Part shown: piece after piece, positions 31,047 to 42,334 of the stretch | Layout: every line of letters begins with the position of its first letter | Position numbering within the stretch: position 1 is the stretch's first letter | Source of the DNA: Bryobacterales bacterium | GTDB lineage: Bacteria; Acidobacteriota; Terriglobia; Bryobacterales; Bryobacteraceae | Direction: 5' to 3' | Assembly (NCBI GenBank): GCA_034522975.1 | Contig: JAXHKT010000046.1 | Span: forward strand, 105,377-169,376 | DNA length: 64,000 nt | The notes under the pieces: generated by a model | What the model saw: only the letters and a program-made list of their open reading frames with translations | What the model was told of the DNA's origin: nothing | Database searches by the model: none | Translations under genes and position numbers: made by a program

Positions 31047-32054
31047 ATGTCACAACCCACACCCGCTCGCATCATGCAGGCGGTGAATGCGTTTCAGGTC
31101 TCGGCGGCGATGAAGACCGCGATCGACCTCAATCTATTTACAGCGATCGGAGCAGGCCGCCGGACGGCGGAATCGCTCGCCGGGCACTGCCACACCTCCG
31201 TGAAGGGGATGCGCGTGCTGTGCGACTTCCTTGTCGTTCACGATTACCTGGTGAAGGAAGACACCCGCTATGGGCTGACCGCGGATAGCGCCGCTTTCCT
31301 CGACAGACACTCTCCTCACTATTTTGGCGCCGTCGCTTCGTTTCTAATGGGGAACACGTTACAGGAAGCCTTCGGGAGTCTGGATAAGGTGGTGCGGAAG
31401 GGCGGCACTTTGCTGAACGACGAGGGAGGCACCGTCTCCCGGGAAAACCCGGTCTGGGAAGAGTTCGCGCATTCGATGGTGGCGATGATGGCGCCAGCCG
31501 CCGAATCGATCGCCGGTCTTGTAAATGCGCGCGAAGGCGCTCCGATGAAGGTGCTGGATATCGCCGCCGGCCACGGGCTTTTCGGCATCACCATCGCGCG
31601 GCAAAACCCGAATGCCACGGTGTATGCGCTCGATTGGGCATCGGTGCTTGAGATTGCCCGCGAGCATGCATTGAGCGCGGGAGTTGCTGAGCGCTGGCAT
31701 GAGATCGAAGGCAGCGCGTTCGAGGTGGATTTGGGCGAGGGCTACGACGTCATCCTGATCACGAATTTCCACCACCACTTCAACCGGGGGACAGTGGAAT
31801 CGCTGATGCGAAAAGTGTACGCCGCCTTAAAACCTGGCGGTGTGGTGGCGACCCTGGAATTCGTGCCAAACGAAGATCGCGTGACACCCAAGGATGCGGC
31901 GGGCTTTGCGATGGTGATGCTGGTGACCACCGCGGAAGGGGACGCCTACACGTTTGCGGATTACGACGAGATGTACCGGAACGCCGGGTTCGCGCGCAAT
32001 GAGATTCACCGCATGGAGGGCGCGCCGGAAGCGGTGATTCTCTCGCGGAGATAG
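31047..32054 (+). CDS. class I SAM-dependent O-methyltransferase (dimerisation domain + MTase 2 family)
   Basis: VLDIAAGHGLFG SAM motif and an N-terminal winged-helix-like dimerisation region. ATG at 31047. Confidence 0.8.
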   Translation: MSQPTPARIMQAVNAFQVSAAMKTAIDLNLFTAIGAGRRTAESLAGHCHTSVKGMRVLCDFLVVHDYLVKEDTRYGLTADSAAFLDRHSPHYFGAVASFLMGNTLQEAFGSLDKVVRKGGTLLNDEGGTVSRENPVWEEFAHSMVAMMAPAAESIAGLVNAREGAPMKVLDIAAGHGLFGITIARQNPNATVYALDWASVLEIAREHALSAGVAERWHEIEGSAFEVDLGEGYDVILITNFHHHFNRGTVESLMRKVYAALKPGGVVATLEFVPNEDRVTPKDAAGFAMVMLVTTAEGDAYTFADYDEMYRNAGFARNEIHRMEGAPEAVILSRR

Positions 32055-32080
32055 CGAGAGGTTTGGGAACAAACGAAAAC

Positions 32081-32114
32081 GGGGCGGCCATGGCGATCGT
32101 GCCTTGGCCGCCCC
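32081..32114. terminator. bidirectional terminator between the O-methyltransferase gene and gyrA
   Basis: 10-bp stem ggggcggcca/tggccgcccc flanked by aaacgaaaac on the left and ttctttgatt on the right, so there is a U-tract in both orientations. Confidence 0.65.
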
Positions 32115-32130
32115 TTCTTTGATTGCCTTG

Positions 32131-34695
32131 CTATTGCAGCGGCAGCGATCCCTGCTCCACGTCGGGCTCGTCGCCGTTGACGGGTTCTTCCGGGATGATG
32201 GCCGCCGCCGCCACCACATCGTCGTCGTCCAAGCGAACAACGGTGACTCCCTGCGTGGCGCGCCCGGCCTTGCGAATCTCGTCGGCGCCGGTGCGGATGA
32301 TCTGGCCGTTTCGCGTGATCACCATTACTTCGTGGGTCGCTTCGCCGTCGGCTCCAACGGGAAGCTGCATGGCCGTCACCACCTTGCCCGTGCGGGAGGT
32401 GGTCTTCATGTTGATCACACCCTTCGCGCCGCGCCCGGTTTCACGGTATTCCTTCACCGGAGTCCGCTTGCCCAGGCCCTTCTCCGCGATCACCAGAATG
32501 GGAGTTTCGGGATCCGTGGGGACGGCCATCGAAACGATGTAATCGCCCTTGGCCAGCATCATGCCGCGCACGCCGCGCGCCGGACGGCCCATTGCGCGCA
32601 CTTCGTCTTCCTTAAACAGAATCGCCTTGCCGTCGCGCGAAGCCAGGAACACGAAGGCGTTCCCCTCCGTGAGCCGCGCCGAGATCAGTTCGTCCCCGTC
32701 ATCCAGCCCGATGGCGATGATGCCGCGCACGTTGATGTTGGCGAAGGCGGTTAGCGCGCATTTCTTGATCACGCCCTTGCGCGTGACCATCACGATGTTC
32801 TTGCCTTCGGCAAGTTCGCGCACCGGCAGAAAGGCCTGCACGGTCTCGCCTGGCATCAGGTTGAGCAGGTTCGAGACGTGCTTTCCCTTGCCCGTTGGGC
32901 CCGCGTCCGGCACTTCGTAAATCTTGTTGATATACACCCGGCCCAGGTTCGTGAAGCACATGATCTTCGTGTGCGTGGAGGCGACGATCAGATGCTCAAC
33001 AAGATCCTCGGCGCGCGTCGTCATGCCGATGCGTCCGGTGCCACCGCGGCGTTGACGCCGGTATGTATCGAGGGCAACGCGCTTCAGGTATCCGGAGCGG
33101 CTTACGGTAAGCACGACGTTTTCATCGGCGATCAAATCCTCGATGTTCAGGTCGCCCGGGTCTTCGACAATCTCCGTGCGCCGGGCATCGCCGAACTTGG
33201 TCTTCACCTCTTCCAGCTCTTCGATGATCACGCCGCGCAGCACCTCTTCCGAACCGAGGATTTCGAGGAATCGCGCGATGCGCACTTGGATCTCCGCCAA
33301 CTCGTCGATGATCTTCTGCTGCTCCATGCCGGTGAGGCGCTGGAGTTGCAATTCGATGATCGCCTGCGCCTGGCGCTCCGTGAACTCGAATCGCTCGACG
33401 AGTCGCCCCTTGGCGTCCTTGGGGCTATCGGAGCGGCGGATCAACTCGATCACTTCGTCGAGATTGTCGAGCGCCTTCTGGAAGCCCAGCAAGATATGCT
33501 CGCGGTCTCTGGCTTTGCGCAGTTCGTAATCCGTGCGCCGGCGGACCACGTCCACGCGATGGTCGATGAACTGCTTGATGCAATCGATCAGGCCCAGTTC
33601 GCGCGGCTGTCCGTTGACGATGGAAAGCATGATCACGCCGAAGCTGGTTTGCAATTGCGTGTGCTTGTAGAGGTTGTTGAGAATGACTTCGGCGTTCTCG
33701 CCGCGCTTCAATTCGAAGACGAAGCGCATGCCCTTGCGGTCGCTCTCGTCGCGGATTTCGCTGATGCCTTCGAGCTTTTTTTCGTTCACCAGACCGGCGG
33801 CGGCTTCAATCAGCCGGGCCTTATTTACCTGGTAAGGAATCTCGGTAACGACAATCGCCTGGCGGTCCCGCCCAATGTCTTCAAAATGTGTTTTGGCGCG
33901 CATGCGAATGCTGCCGCGGCCGGTGTTGAACGCGTCCCAGATTCCCGAGCGGCCAAGGATGTAGGCTCCAGTGGGGAAGTCGGGGCCTGGCACCAGCTTC
34001 ATGATCTCGGTGATCGAAATCCTGGGATCTCGAATGAGGGCAATGGTAGCTTCCACAATCTCAGTGAGGTTGTGAGGCGGAATTTTCGTCGCCATGCCCA
34101 CCGCGATGCCTTCGGAACCATTGACGAGCAGGTTCGGAACGCGGGTGGGGAGCACCTCGGGCTCGCTTTCGCTGTCGTCGTAGTTGGAGCGGAAATCGAC
34201 GGTCTCTTTGTCGATGTCGTCCAGAAGGCTGGCGGCGATGCGCGAGAGGCGGGCCTCGGTGTACCGCATGGCCGCGGGAGGGTCGCCATCCACGCTGCCG
34301 AAGTTGCCCTGGCCATCGATCAGCGGGTAGCGCATGGAGAAGGGCTGCGCCATACGGACGAGCGAATCGTAGACGGCGCTGTCGCCATGCGGGTGATACT
34401 TGCCCAATACCTCGCCAACGATCTTGGCGCACTTGCGGGTAGGCCGGTTGTAGTTCAGGCCCATCTCGCTCATGCCGTAGAGAATGCGGCGATGAACGGG
34501 CTTGAGGCCATCGCGGACGTCGGGAAGAGCGCGCCCGATGATCACGCTCATCGCGTAATCCAGGTAGCTCTTGCGCATTTCGTCTTCGATGTTTACCGGG
34601 ATGCTCACCGTGCCGAAGCCAGTGCCGAGCGGCATCTGGCCGCCGTCGCCGCCTTCGGGCTGCTGGGGTGTATCGGGAAGATCTTGGTCTGCCAA
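32131..34695 (-). CDS. gyrA: DNA gyrase subunit A
   Basis: 854 aa, intact. KYHPHGD and AAMRYTE active-site region. C-terminal beta-pinwheel repeats. Confidence 0.97.
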   Translation of the reverse strand: MADQDLPDTPQQPEGGDGGQMPLGTGFGTVSIPVNIEDEMRKSYLDYAMSVIIGRALPDVRDGLKPVHRRILYGMSEMGLNYNRPTRKCAKIVGEVLGKYHPHGDSAVYDSLVRMAQPFSMRYPLIDGQGNFGSVDGDPPAAMRYTEARLSRIAASLLDDIDKETVDFRSNYDDSESEPEVLPTRVPNLLVNGSEGIAVGMATKIPPHNLTEIVEATIALIRDPRISITEIMKLVPGPDFPTGAYILGRSGIWDAFNTGRGSIRMRAKTHFEDIGRDRQAIVVTEIPYQVNKARLIEAAAGLVNEKKLEGISEIRDESDRKGMRFVFELKRGENAEVILNNLYKHTQLQTSFGVIMLSIVNGQPRELGLIDCIKQFIDHRVDVVRRRTDYELRKARDREHILLGFQKALDNLDEVIELIRRSDSPKDAKGRLVERFEFTERQAQAIIELQLQRLTGMEQQKIIDELAEIQVRIARFLEILGSEEVLRGVIIEELEEVKTKFGDARRTEIVEDPGDLNIEDLIADENVVLTVSRSGYLKRVALDTYRRQRRGGTGRIGMTTRAEDLVEHLIVASTHTKIMCFTNLGRVYINKIYEVPDAGPTGKGKHVSNLLNLMPGETVQAFLPVRELAEGKNIVMVTRKGVIKKCALTAFANINVRGIIAIGLDDGDELISARLTEGNAFVFLASRDGKAILFKEDEVRAMGRPARGVRGMMLAKGDYIVSMAVPTDPETPILVIAEKGLGKRTPVKEYRETGRGAKGVINMKTTSRTGKVVTAMQLPVGADGEATHEVMVITRNGQIIRTGADEIRKAGRATQGVTVVRLDDDDVVAAAAIIPEEPVNGDEPDVEQGSLPLQ

Positions 34696-34990
34696 AGGAG
34701 ACTCCTTACGCTAGGTCCGGCACCGGTTGCGCGGATGCACCACGGGGACCTTCTTCAAACTTCTTAGTTTAGCATAACGTATTGAATCTGCTGGACTTCA
34801 CCCGTAATCTGCTGATTCGGAAGCGTCTTCCGGCGCCTGATGGCGAAGCGGCTGGCGCTCCGAACAAAACCGGTATCCCTTGTTTGGTTTTTTCGCGCTC
34901 TAAGTGCGCACATCCGGGGGCCTTCCCGCGAGAGAATGGGGCTAGCGGCAAAACGGTGGAGTGTCGAGATAACTCAAGAGGTGGCGGCCA

Positions 34991-35251
34991 ATGATGAGGA
35001 GTGACTACGCGTTAAAGTTGCGCCGCGCGGACGAACGCGCGGAATGGCGAAGCGGCCTCACCTTTGAGGAGGCGATGATCCTGGTTTCGCAGCGGATTGA
35101 AGCCGAAGAACATACGCCGGAGCCGCGCTACCTCACGGCCACCGTTTACCGGGGAGCGATGGCGGTAAGCCTTTCGCGATACTTCCCACCCCGGATGCGC
35201 CGGAAGGATACGCCGCCAGAAGATCTGATCGCCATGCGCAATGCCGGATAG
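34991..35251 (+). CDS. hypothetical 86-aa protein
   Basis: ATG preceded by agaggtgg. No recognisable family. Confidence 0.35.
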   Translation: MMRSDYALKLRRADERAEWRSGLTFEEAMILVSQRIEAEEHTPEPRYLTATVYRGAMAVSLSRYFPPRMRRKDTPPEDLIAMRNAG

Positions 35252-35309
35252 CTTCATCGCGTCGATGGAAGTTCTTTGAGCCCAGAGCAAATGGGGATAA
35301 GATCAGGCC

Positions 35310-36560
35310 ATGCAATCGCGCATGAGAGCTTCGCGCAGGGACACGATGCGGATGCTGGCGACGGCGGGAGCGTTGCCTCTGGTGGCTGGTCTCGCAAAGG
35401 CTTGTGACGGCCAGAGCCTGCTGCTGGTGAACTCCTGCGATCCGGTGGGCATCCGGCAACTGGCCGAAGCGGGCAACGCCGCGCTGCGGAGTGAACTGGC
35501 CCGGCTCCGCAAAGACGCCGGCGCATGGTTGGGGCAGGGCCCCTGGAGCGTCGCCACTTCGCGCCCGCGGAACACTCCCGCGGGGAAGAACGATTTCTTC
35601 AGCGAAGGCCCCTATTGGTGGCCAGATCCTGCAAACCCCAGCGCGCCTTATGTGCGCCGCGATGGCGAAGTGAACCCGCAGCGCTTCACTGCCAACGACA
35701 ACGATCTCCGCAAGCTTTGCGACGCCGTGCTCTGCCTGGCCACGGCGGCCCATCTGCTCCCTGGAGAAGCGGACACGGAACGATACAGCCAGCACGCATG
35801 GAATCTGCTGCGCGTCTGGTTTGCGGACCCCGATACGCGCATGAACCCCAACCTGGAGTTTGGCCAAGCCATCCGCGGGCGCGTCTGGGGACGGGGCATC
35901 GGGCTGATCGATACCGTGCCGATGATCCACCTGGTGCAAGGGGCAATGCTGCTGAACGTGCTGCCGGGCAAAGATGAATCGACCGGGCTGGAGTTCCGCG
36001 CTTGGATGCGCGATTTTCTACGCTGGATGCTCACTAGCGAAAAGGGTGTGGAGGAACGCGACCACGGCAACAACCATTCCACCTGGTGGGCCGCCCAGGT
36101 GGCCGCCTATGCCACGTTTCTAAGAGACGATGCCGCACTCCTGGCGGCATGGAAGCTCTATTTTGAGAAGCTGGTGCCCGGGCAATTGATGCCCGATGGC
36201 AGCGCCCCGAAGGAAGAAGAGCGCACGCGTTCGTTGAGCTATTCCGCCATGAACCTGGACGGCCTGGCTCTGCTGTGCCGGATGGGGCAGTTCTGGAACA
36301 TGGAATTGTGGGAGTTCGAGGCGGCCAACGGGGCGTCCGTGGCAAAATCCGTGGCATATCTGATGCCGTACCTGGAAGAGCCCAGGAAGTGGAAGAAGCC
36401 GCAGATCACTCCCTATGACCGTTCTCGCAGTCTTTTCCCCGCCCTTGCCGGATGGGGTTTGGGCAAGCCTGAATACCTTGCCGCTCAGCGGCGCTTCGGC
36501 TGCGAGGGAAGAGAGTTCAGCCGCTGGGCGAGGCTGCTGCTGGCGATGCAAGCGGTCTGA
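35310..36560 (+). CDS. Tat-exported alginate-lyase-family (polysaccharide lyase) protein
   Basis: Twin-arginine-like [24 protein letters not shown] leader. GNNHSTWW motif typical of the Alginate_lyase family. Confidence 0.65.
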   Translation: MQSRMRASRRDTMRMLATAGALPLVAGLAKACDGQSLLLVNSCDPVGIRQLAEAGNAALRSELARLRKDAGAWLGQGPWSVATSRPRNTPAGKNDFFSEGPYWWPDPANPSAPYVRRDGEVNPQRFTANDNDLRKLCDAVLCLATAAHLLPGEADTERYSQHAWNLLRVWFADPDTRMNPNLEFGQAIRGRVWGRGIGLIDTVPMIHLVQGAMLLNVLPGKDESTGLEFRAWMRDFLRWMLTSEKGVEERDHGNNHSTWWAAQVAAYATFLRDDAALLAAWKLYFEKLVPGQLMPDGSAPKEEERTRSLSYSAMNLDGLALLCRMGQFWNMELWEFEAANGASVAKSVAYLMPYLEEPRKWKKPQITPYDRSRSLFPALAGWGLGKPEYLAAQRRFGCEGREFSRWARLLLAMQAV

Positions 36561-36676
36561 TTCGCAGCTCCGCAAATCGCTGCGCTTCTTGCAATTGTCA
36601 ACAAGCGGGCCAAGCCTACCCCTCGCGAGCGTCCCTGAAGTACGATGGTGAACGTTCCATCCGTATTGGAGGTCTC

Positions 36677-37594
36677 TTGCTCAGTCTAGGTTTTGTTACC
36701 GCGATTTTGCCCGATCTATCCCTACCCGAAGTGGCGTCCTTTGCGAAGGAATGCGGCTATTCAGCCATTGAAGTGATGTGCTGGCCGCCCGGCAAAGCCG
36801 AGCGCCGCTACGCGGGTGTCACCCACATCGACGTGGTCGAATTCAGCAAGGACGACGTAAAGCGGGCACGCGACACCGTGGGCGCCGCCGGCGTCAAGAT
36901 CAGCGGCCTCGGCTACTACCCGAATCCACTGGTGCCGGATTACACCGAAGCTCAGGTCTATATCGACCATCTACGCAAGCTGATCGAAGCGGCGAAGCTG
37001 CTGGGCGTGCCCGTGGTGAATAGCTTCATCGGCCGTGACCCCGCCAAAAGCGTGGATGAAAACTGGCCGCGCTTCCTGGAAGTGTGGCGCCCCTTGATCG
37101 CCTACGCCGACGACCACGGCATCCGGATCGGTATCGAGAATTGCCCGATGAGCTTCACCCGCGACGAGTGGCCCGGCGGTAAGAATCTCGCCCATTCGCC
37201 GACCATCTGGCGGCGCATGTTTAACGACATCCCCAGCGCCAATTTCGGCCTCAATTTCGACCCCTCCCATTTCATTTTCCAGCACATGGATTACTGCAAA
37301 GCGATGCGTGAATTCGCCCCCCGCATTCACCACGTTCACGCCAAGGATGTGCGGATCGACCGCGAGAAGCTCGACGATGTAGGCATCCTCGCCTATCCGC
37401 TTCAGTACCACACACCGAAGCTGCCCGGATTGGGCGATGTGAATTGGAGCCAGTTCTTTTCCACCCTCACTGAGACCGGCTATGACGGTGCCGTGTGCGT
37501 GGAAGTGGAAGATCGCGCCTTTGAAGGCTCTATCGAGAATCGGAAGAATTCCCTCCGCCAGAGCCACAATTACTTGAAGCAGTTCGTTCCATAA
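36677..37594 (+). CDS. sugar phosphate isomerase/epimerase (xylose isomerase-like TIM barrel)
   Basis: TTG start with ggagg SD. IGIENCP, FDPSH and VHAKD motifs. Confidence 0.8.
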   Translation: MLSLGFVTAILPDLSLPEVASFAKECGYSAIEVMCWPPGKAERRYAGVTHIDVVEFSKDDVKRARDTVGAAGVKISGLGYYPNPLVPDYTEAQVYIDHLRKLIEAAKLLGVPVVNSFIGRDPAKSVDENWPRFLEVWRPLIAYADDHGIRIGIENCPMSFTRDEWPGGKNLAHSPTIWRRMFNDIPSANFGLNFDPSHFIFQHMDYCKAMREFAPRIHHVHAKDVRIDREKLDDVGILAYPLQYHTPKLPGLGDVNWSQFFSTLTETGYDGAVCVEVEDRAFEGSIENRKNSLRQSHNYLKQFVP

Positions 37595-37621
37595 CTGAAT
37601 TGCCAAACGGAAGGAACTCCC

Positions 37622-38350
37622 ATGGATTTCACGTACGAAGACGTTGCAAAGATGATCGATCACTCGCTGCTAAATCCCTCGCTAACGTGGGCGGATCTGG
37701 AGCGGGGTTGCCATGTCGCCCGGGATTATCAGGTGGCAAGCGTTTGCATCATGCCCTTCGCACTCAAGCACTGCGCGGAGATTCTGGCCGGTAGCGGCGT
37801 GAAGGCGAGCACGACAATCGGCTTTCCGCACGGCGGTCACAAGACGGAAATCAAGCTCGCCGAAGCGATGGCTGCCATCGACGATGGCGGCGAAGAGCTC
37901 GACATGGTCATCAATATCAGCAAAGCGTTGAGCGGCGATTGGCAGTACGTCCGGCACGATATCCACCATCTCACTCATGCCATCCACCAGCGGGGGGCGA
38001 AGCTGAAAGTGATCTTCGAGAACTGCTACCTTAGCGACGAGCAGAAGGTAACCCTGTGCGAGATCTGCGGCGAAAGTGGAGTCGATTGGGTGAAGACCTC
38101 AACCGGCTACGGCAGCGGCGGCGCCACGGACGCCGATCTCATTCTGATGCGCAAGCATTCGCCCGCCAAGGTTCAGGTGAAAGCGGCTGGTGGCGTACGC
38201 ACGCTTGACCGGCTGCTGGAAGTGCGGGCGCTGGGCGTAACACGCTGCGGAGCCACGCAAACGGTAGCGATGCTTGAAGACGCCAAGCAGCGCCTCGGCA
38301 TGGCCACCGGCGTGGGAGCACAGGCGGAAGGGGCACCGGGGCTGTATTAA
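37622..38350 (+). CDS. deoC: deoxyribose-phosphate aldolase
   Basis: IDHSLL... and VKTSTGY (Schiff-base Lys) motifs. Confidence 0.9.
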   Translation: MDFTYEDVAKMIDHSLLNPSLTWADLERGCHVARDYQVASVCIMPFALKHCAEILAGSGVKASTTIGFPHGGHKTEIKLAEAMAAIDDGGEELDMVINISKALSGDWQYVRHDIHHLTHAIHQRGAKLKVIFENCYLSDEQKVTLCEICGESGVDWVKTSTGYGSGGATDADLILMRKHSPAKVQVKAAGGVRTLDRLLEVRALGVTRCGATQTVAMLEDAKQRLGMATGVGAQAEGAPGLY

Positions 38351-38352
38351 TC

Positions 38353-38448
38353 ACCCCGGAGAGCGGCGTCAGATCGACCCCGGAGGGCGGCGTCAGATCG
38401 ACCCCGGAGGGCGGCGTCAGATCGACCCCGGAGGGCGGCGTCAGATCG
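38353..38448. repeat. perfect-register tandem repeat, 4 x 24 bp (accccggagggcggcgtcagatcg)
   Basis: Read directly. Copies lie at 38353, 38377, 38401 and 38425. Only copy 1 differs (G>A at position 10). The last copy contains the cysA stop codon. Confidence 0.95.
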
Positions 38449-39490
38449 AATAGTCTTCCTGGAAAACCTGCGCCTCTTTGAGCGCCACGTAGACCTCTTC
38501 ATTCACGGCCAGTTTCAGTTCGCGCAACCGCTCGTGCGGCATCTCGGCGAGGATCGGGTCGCCGGATTCGCTGGTGAGTTCCACCTTCACCACCGGGCCC
38601 GCGGCGAGGATGCGTTGGACCTTTGCCTTCGTCGTTGTGCGGGCGGCAACCGTGCGGTGAATGTCGAGTTGGAAGGGCCGGGCGTAGATGCGCGTGCTCG
38701 CCACGCCGGGCGCGGCATCCGCCAAAAACTGGTCTCCGTCCATGCGCCCGTGAAAGAGATTCACGTGGCCCAAAAAGTCCATCACGAACTGGGACGCGGG
38801 CTTGTGAAAAACCTCTTCGGGAGTGCCCACCTGCTCCACCCGCGAGTGGTTCATCAGGATGATGCGGTCCGCCACTTCCAGCGCCTCTTCCTGGTCGTGG
38901 GTGACGAGTACGGTGGTGACGTGAAGTTCGTCGTGCAGACGGCGCAGCCAACGGCGGAGGTCCTGACGCACCTTTGCATCGAGCGCGCCGAAGGGCTCGT
39001 CGAGCAGCAGCACTTTGGGTTCTATGGCCAGCGCGCGCGCCAGCGCCACTCGCTGTCGTTGGCCGCCCGACAACTGGCTGGGGAAACGATTGGCCAATCC
39101 TTCCAATTGAATCAACTGCAAGAGCTTGGTGACGCGCTCGCGGATCTCCTGCTTTGGCGGCCGCTCGGCGCGCGGGCGGACGGTGAGGCCGAAAGCGATG
39201 TTGTCGTAAACCGTCATGTGACGGAAGAGCGCGTAGTGCTGGAAGACGAAGCCCACTCGCCGCTGGCGCAGGTCGCCGCGGAGGATATCTTCGCCGTTCA
39301 CAAGTACAGCGGAATCGGAATGGGTGTCCGGCACTTCGAGCCCGGCGATCACGCGCAGCAGGGTAGTCTTTCCGGAGCCGGATGGCCCCAACAACGCAAC
39401 CAGTTCCCCGCCCCCGATGGTTACGGAGACATCGTCCAGCGCGACGAAGTTCTGGAAGCGCTTCCGCACGTGACGCACTTCAATGCTCAT
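38441..39490 (-). CDS. cysA: sulfate/thiosulfate ABC transporter ATP-binding protein
   Basis: [24 protein letters not shown] and LLLDEPF motifs. C-terminal TOBE-like domain. ATGA overlap with cysW. Confidence 0.9.
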   Translation of the reverse strand: MSIEVRHVRKRFQNFVALDDVSVTIGGGELVALLGPSGSGKTTLLRVIAGLEVPDTHSDSAVLVNGEDILRGDLRQRRVGFVFQHYALFRHMTVYDNIAFGLTVRPRAERPPKQEIRERVTKLLQLIQLEGLANRFPSQLSGGQRQRVALARALAIEPKVLLLDEPFGALDAKVRQDLRRWLRRLHDELHVTTVLVTHDQEEALEVADRIILMNHSRVEQVGTPEEVFHKPASQFVMDFLGHVNLFHGRMDGDQFLADAAPGVASTRIYARPFQLDIHRTVAARTTTKAKVQRILAAGPVVKVELTSESGDPILAEMPHERLRELKLAVNEEVYVALKEAQVFQEDYSI

Positions 39491-40371
39491 GGCTGGGCCT
39501 CTCCGGCGGAGGGGCTGCGTTCACGTCCAATCCGCCATTCGAGCCAGCTCTTCATCAGGATCGTCAGAAGGGCGAAGAGCGTAAGCAGGCTGGCAACGGC
39601 GAAGGCGGCGGAGAAGTTGTACTCGTTGTAAAGGATCTCCACGTGCAAAGGAATGGTGTTGGTGCGGCCGCGGATGTGCCCGGAAACCACGCTAACCGCC
39701 CCGAACTCGCCCAGCGCCCGCGCCGTTGAAAGCACCACGCCATAAAGCAGGCCCCAGCGCACATTGGGCAACGTGATTCTCCAGAACAATTGCCACCGAT
39801 TGGCGCCCAGCAGTACAGCCGCTTCCTCCTCTTCCGCACCCTGCTGCTGCATCAGCGGAATCAATTCCCGTGCGACAAAGGGGAAGGTGACGAAGATGGT
39901 TGCAATGAGGATGCCGGGCACCGCGAAAATCACGTCGATATCGTAGCTTCGCAGCGCCGGCCCAAGCAGGCCCTGCATGCCGAAGAGCAGCACCAGCATC
40001 AGGCCCACGACGACGGGGGAGATGCTGAAGGGAAGGTCGATCAACGTCAGCAGCAGGCTCTTCCCGCGAAAGGGGAAACGCGCGATGGCCCAGGCTGCCA
40101 TCAATCCGAAGACTACATTCATCGGCACCGCAACGATGGTGACGAACAACGAAAGACGGATGGCGCTAAGCGCGGCGGGATCCACCAGGCTCTGCAAGTA
40201 AACACTCAGGCCCCGCCGGAAAGCTTCGGTAAAAACCGCAACAAGGGGAACCCCCAGGAAACAGGCAAGAAACAAGAGAGCAGTGCCGATGAGCGCGACG
40301 CGCAACCAAAACGGTTCTGTGCGCTGGGCGCGCAAGGCATCTAGGCCGCCGCCGTGTGGATTGCCGCTCAT
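39487..40371 (-). CDS. cysW: sulfate ABC transporter permease
   Basis: CysW-type permease. ATG 40371 overlaps the cysT TGA (ATGA). Confidence 0.85.
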   Translation of the reverse strand: MSGNPHGGGLDALRAQRTEPFWLRVALIGTALLFLACFLGVPLVAVFTEAFRRGLSVYLQSLVDPAALSAIRLSLFVTIVAVPMNVVFGLMAAWAIARFPFRGKSLLLTLIDLPFSISPVVVGLMLVLLFGMQGLLGPALRSYDIDVIFAVPGILIATIFVTFPFVARELIPLMQQQGAEEEEAAVLLGANRWQLFWRITLPNVRWGLLYGVVLSTARALGEFGAVSVVSGHIRGRTNTIPLHVEILYNEYNFSAAFAVASLLTLFALLTILMKSWLEWRIGRERSPSAGEAQP

Positions 40372-41198
40372 ACCGCACCGCCCCAGCGGCGCAGCCATTG
40401 GTGCTGCACCAGATTGATCGCGAGAAGAAGCAGAAACGAAGCGAGCAGAAGCACGCAGCCGATGGCGGTTGCGCCCGCGTAGTCGAATTGTTCCAGCCTG
40501 GTGACAATCAACAGGGAGGCAATTTCCGTACGAAACGGCATGTTGCCGGCAATGAAGACCACTGAGCCATATTCGCCCAGTCCGCGCGCGAAGGACATCG
40601 TGAAACCTGCCAGCACCGCCGGCATCACCTGAGGAAAAATCACCCGCAACACGGTCTGCCAGCGCGAGGCGCCAAGAATCGCGGCGGCATCTTCCACGGC
40701 GGGGTCGAGTTCTTCAAAGGCCGGCTGGACGGACCGAACGACAAAGGGCAGCCCGATGAACAGCAGCGCGACGCCAATACCGAGTGGGGTGAAGGCGACC
40801 TCGACACCTAGCGGCTCAAGGTATTGCCCGATCCATCCGGATTTCGCATAAACGGCGGTGAGGGCGATGCCCGAAACGGCGGTAGGCAGTGCGAAGGGCA
40901 GATCGATGAGCGCGTCCACCACCCGCCGCCCAGGGAACGAATAGCGCACCAGGCACCAGGCCACGAGGGTGCCGAAGACGGCATTGGCAACCGCGGCCCC
41001 CAGCGACGTGAGCAGCGTGACGCGATACGACGCCAGCGCCCGCGGATTGCTGGCAGCCTCCCAGAGCGTTTCCCACGGAAACGAGAGAGCTTTCAGGAAA
41101 AGAACGGCAATGGGAATGAGCACCACCAGGCTCAAATAGAAAACCGTGTAGCCCAGCGTGAGGCCAAAACCGGGGAGGACTCGAGTGGCGTGCTTCAT
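40368..41198 (-). CDS. cysT: sulfate ABC transporter permease
   Basis: CysT-type permease with an EAA-like loop (EDAAAILGASRWQ). Starts 2 nt after the sbp TAG stop. Confidence 0.85.
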   Translation of the reverse strand: MKHATRVLPGFGLTLGYTVFYLSLVVLIPIAVLFLKALSFPWETLWEAASNPRALASYRVTLLTSLGAAVANAVFGTLVAWCLVRYSFPGRRVVDALIDLPFALPTAVSGIALTAVYAKSGWIGQYLEPLGVEVAFTPLGIGVALLFIGLPFVVRSVQPAFEELDPAVEDAAAILGASRWQTVLRVIFPQVMPAVLAGFTMSFARGLGEYGSVVFIAGNMPFRTEIASLLIVTRLEQFDYAGATAIGCVLLLASFLLLLAINLVQHQWLRRWGGAV

Positions 41199-41200
41199 GG

Positions 41201-42262
41201 CTAACTGCGGGCCGGCTCCATCGCTTTCTCAATCGGGCCGGTTTGGTAAATCTGGTCGAATGTGCCGCCATCCGCAAAATGGCGTTTGTGGGCGGTTGCC
41301 CAGCCTCCAAAAGCCTCATCGACCCGGAGCATTTCGAAAGCGGGAAAATGGCCGCGAAACGCTTTGGCGACAGTTGGGTCGCTGGGCCGGAAATGATGCG
41401 TGGCGGCTACTGCCTGCGCTTCCGGACGGTATAGGAATTCGAGATAAGCCTGCGCTGCTTCCAGATTGCCGTTGCGCTTCGCAACCTCATCGACCATGGC
41501 GACGGGAGCCTCGGCGAGAATGCTCAACGGCGGGTGGACAATCTCAAAGCGCTCCGCCGGAAACTGACGCAACGCGAGCTGCGCTTCGGCTTCCCAAGAG
41601 ATCAACACGTCGCCCATCTTACGCTGCACAAATGTCGTGGTGGCGGCGCGGGCACCGGAATCAAGCAACGGCGCATTGCGGTAAAGGCGGCGCACAAACT
41701 CAAACGCCGCGCCCGTTTCTCCGGATGCGGCTCGATCGGCATAGCCCCAGGCGGCAAGGTAGTTCCAGCGGGCGCCGCCGGAGGTTTTCGGGTTGGGCGT
41801 GATGACGGCGACATCGCCACGCACAAGGTCCGGCCAATCGCGGATGCCCTTCGGATTGCCCGCGCGGACAACGAAAAGTACCGTCGACGAGAAAGGGCAA
41901 CTATTGTGGGGAAGCCGCTTCTGCCAATCCGCCGGAAGCAGCTTGGCCCGCTCCGCGATGGCGTCGATGTCGTAGGCCAAAGCCAGCGTCACGATATCGG
42001 CACGCAACCCGTCAAGCACGGATCGCGCCTGTTTCGCCGAGCCTCCGTGCGATTGGTCTATCGCAATCTCCGCCTTGCCTTGAGCCCTCCAGAAATCGGC
42101 GAACTTGCGGTTCACCCCTTCGAATAACTCCCGGGTTGGATCGTAGGATACATTCAGCAAAGCTTGGGATTGCAGGCCAGAGCGGCCGCATCCGGCGGAT
42201 GCCAGAGCAGCAATCGTGGCGGTGCCAAGTAGGGTTCGGCGGGAGAGAGGCGAGCCAGCCAT
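41201..42262 (-). CDS. sbp: sulfate/thiosulfate-binding periplasmic protein
   Basis: Signal RRTLLGTATIAALASAGC. Sbp/CysP-like body. First gene of the sbp-cysTWA operon. Confidence 0.85.
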   Translation of the reverse strand: MAGSPLSRRTLLGTATIAALASAGCGRSGLQSQALLNVSYDPTRELFEGVNRKFADFWRAQGKAEIAIDQSHGGSAKQARSVLDGLRADIVTLALAYDIDAIAERAKLLPADWQKRLPHNSCPFSSTVLFVVRAGNPKGIRDWPDLVRGDVAVITPNPKTSGGARWNYLAAWGYADRAASGETGAAFEFVRRLYRNAPLLDSGARAATTTFVQRKMGDVLISWEAEAQLALRQFPAERFEIVHPPLSILAEAPVAMVDEVAKRNGNLEAAQAYLEFLYRPEAQAVAATHHFRPSDPTVAKAFRGHFPAFEMLRVDEAFGGWATAHKRHFADGGTFDQIYQTGPIEKAMEPARS

Positions 42263-42334
42263 CTACGAAATCATAGCATGTTGATCGGATTGATAGAGAT
42301 AGTAGGATACTAGCGCGGGGTAAAGGCAGGCAGG

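Noticed and set aside
32878-34767. 629-aa ORF on the + strand. Similar long ORFs occur at 28871-30301(-), 54649-56106(-), 11818-13464(+), 24939-25823(-), 8013-8879(-), 27610-28719(+), 58965-60044(+) and 43253-44437(+).
   Set aside because: All lie antisense to strongly supported genes (gyrA, DUF1080 protein, BNR protein, ABC genes, etc.). Their products are Arg/Ala/Gly/Pro-rich low-information sequence, typical of stop-poor shadow frames in GC-rich DNA.
38353-38448. CRISPR array.
   Set aside because: The repeats are directly abutting with no spacers, there are only four 24-bp units, and no cas genes are present.
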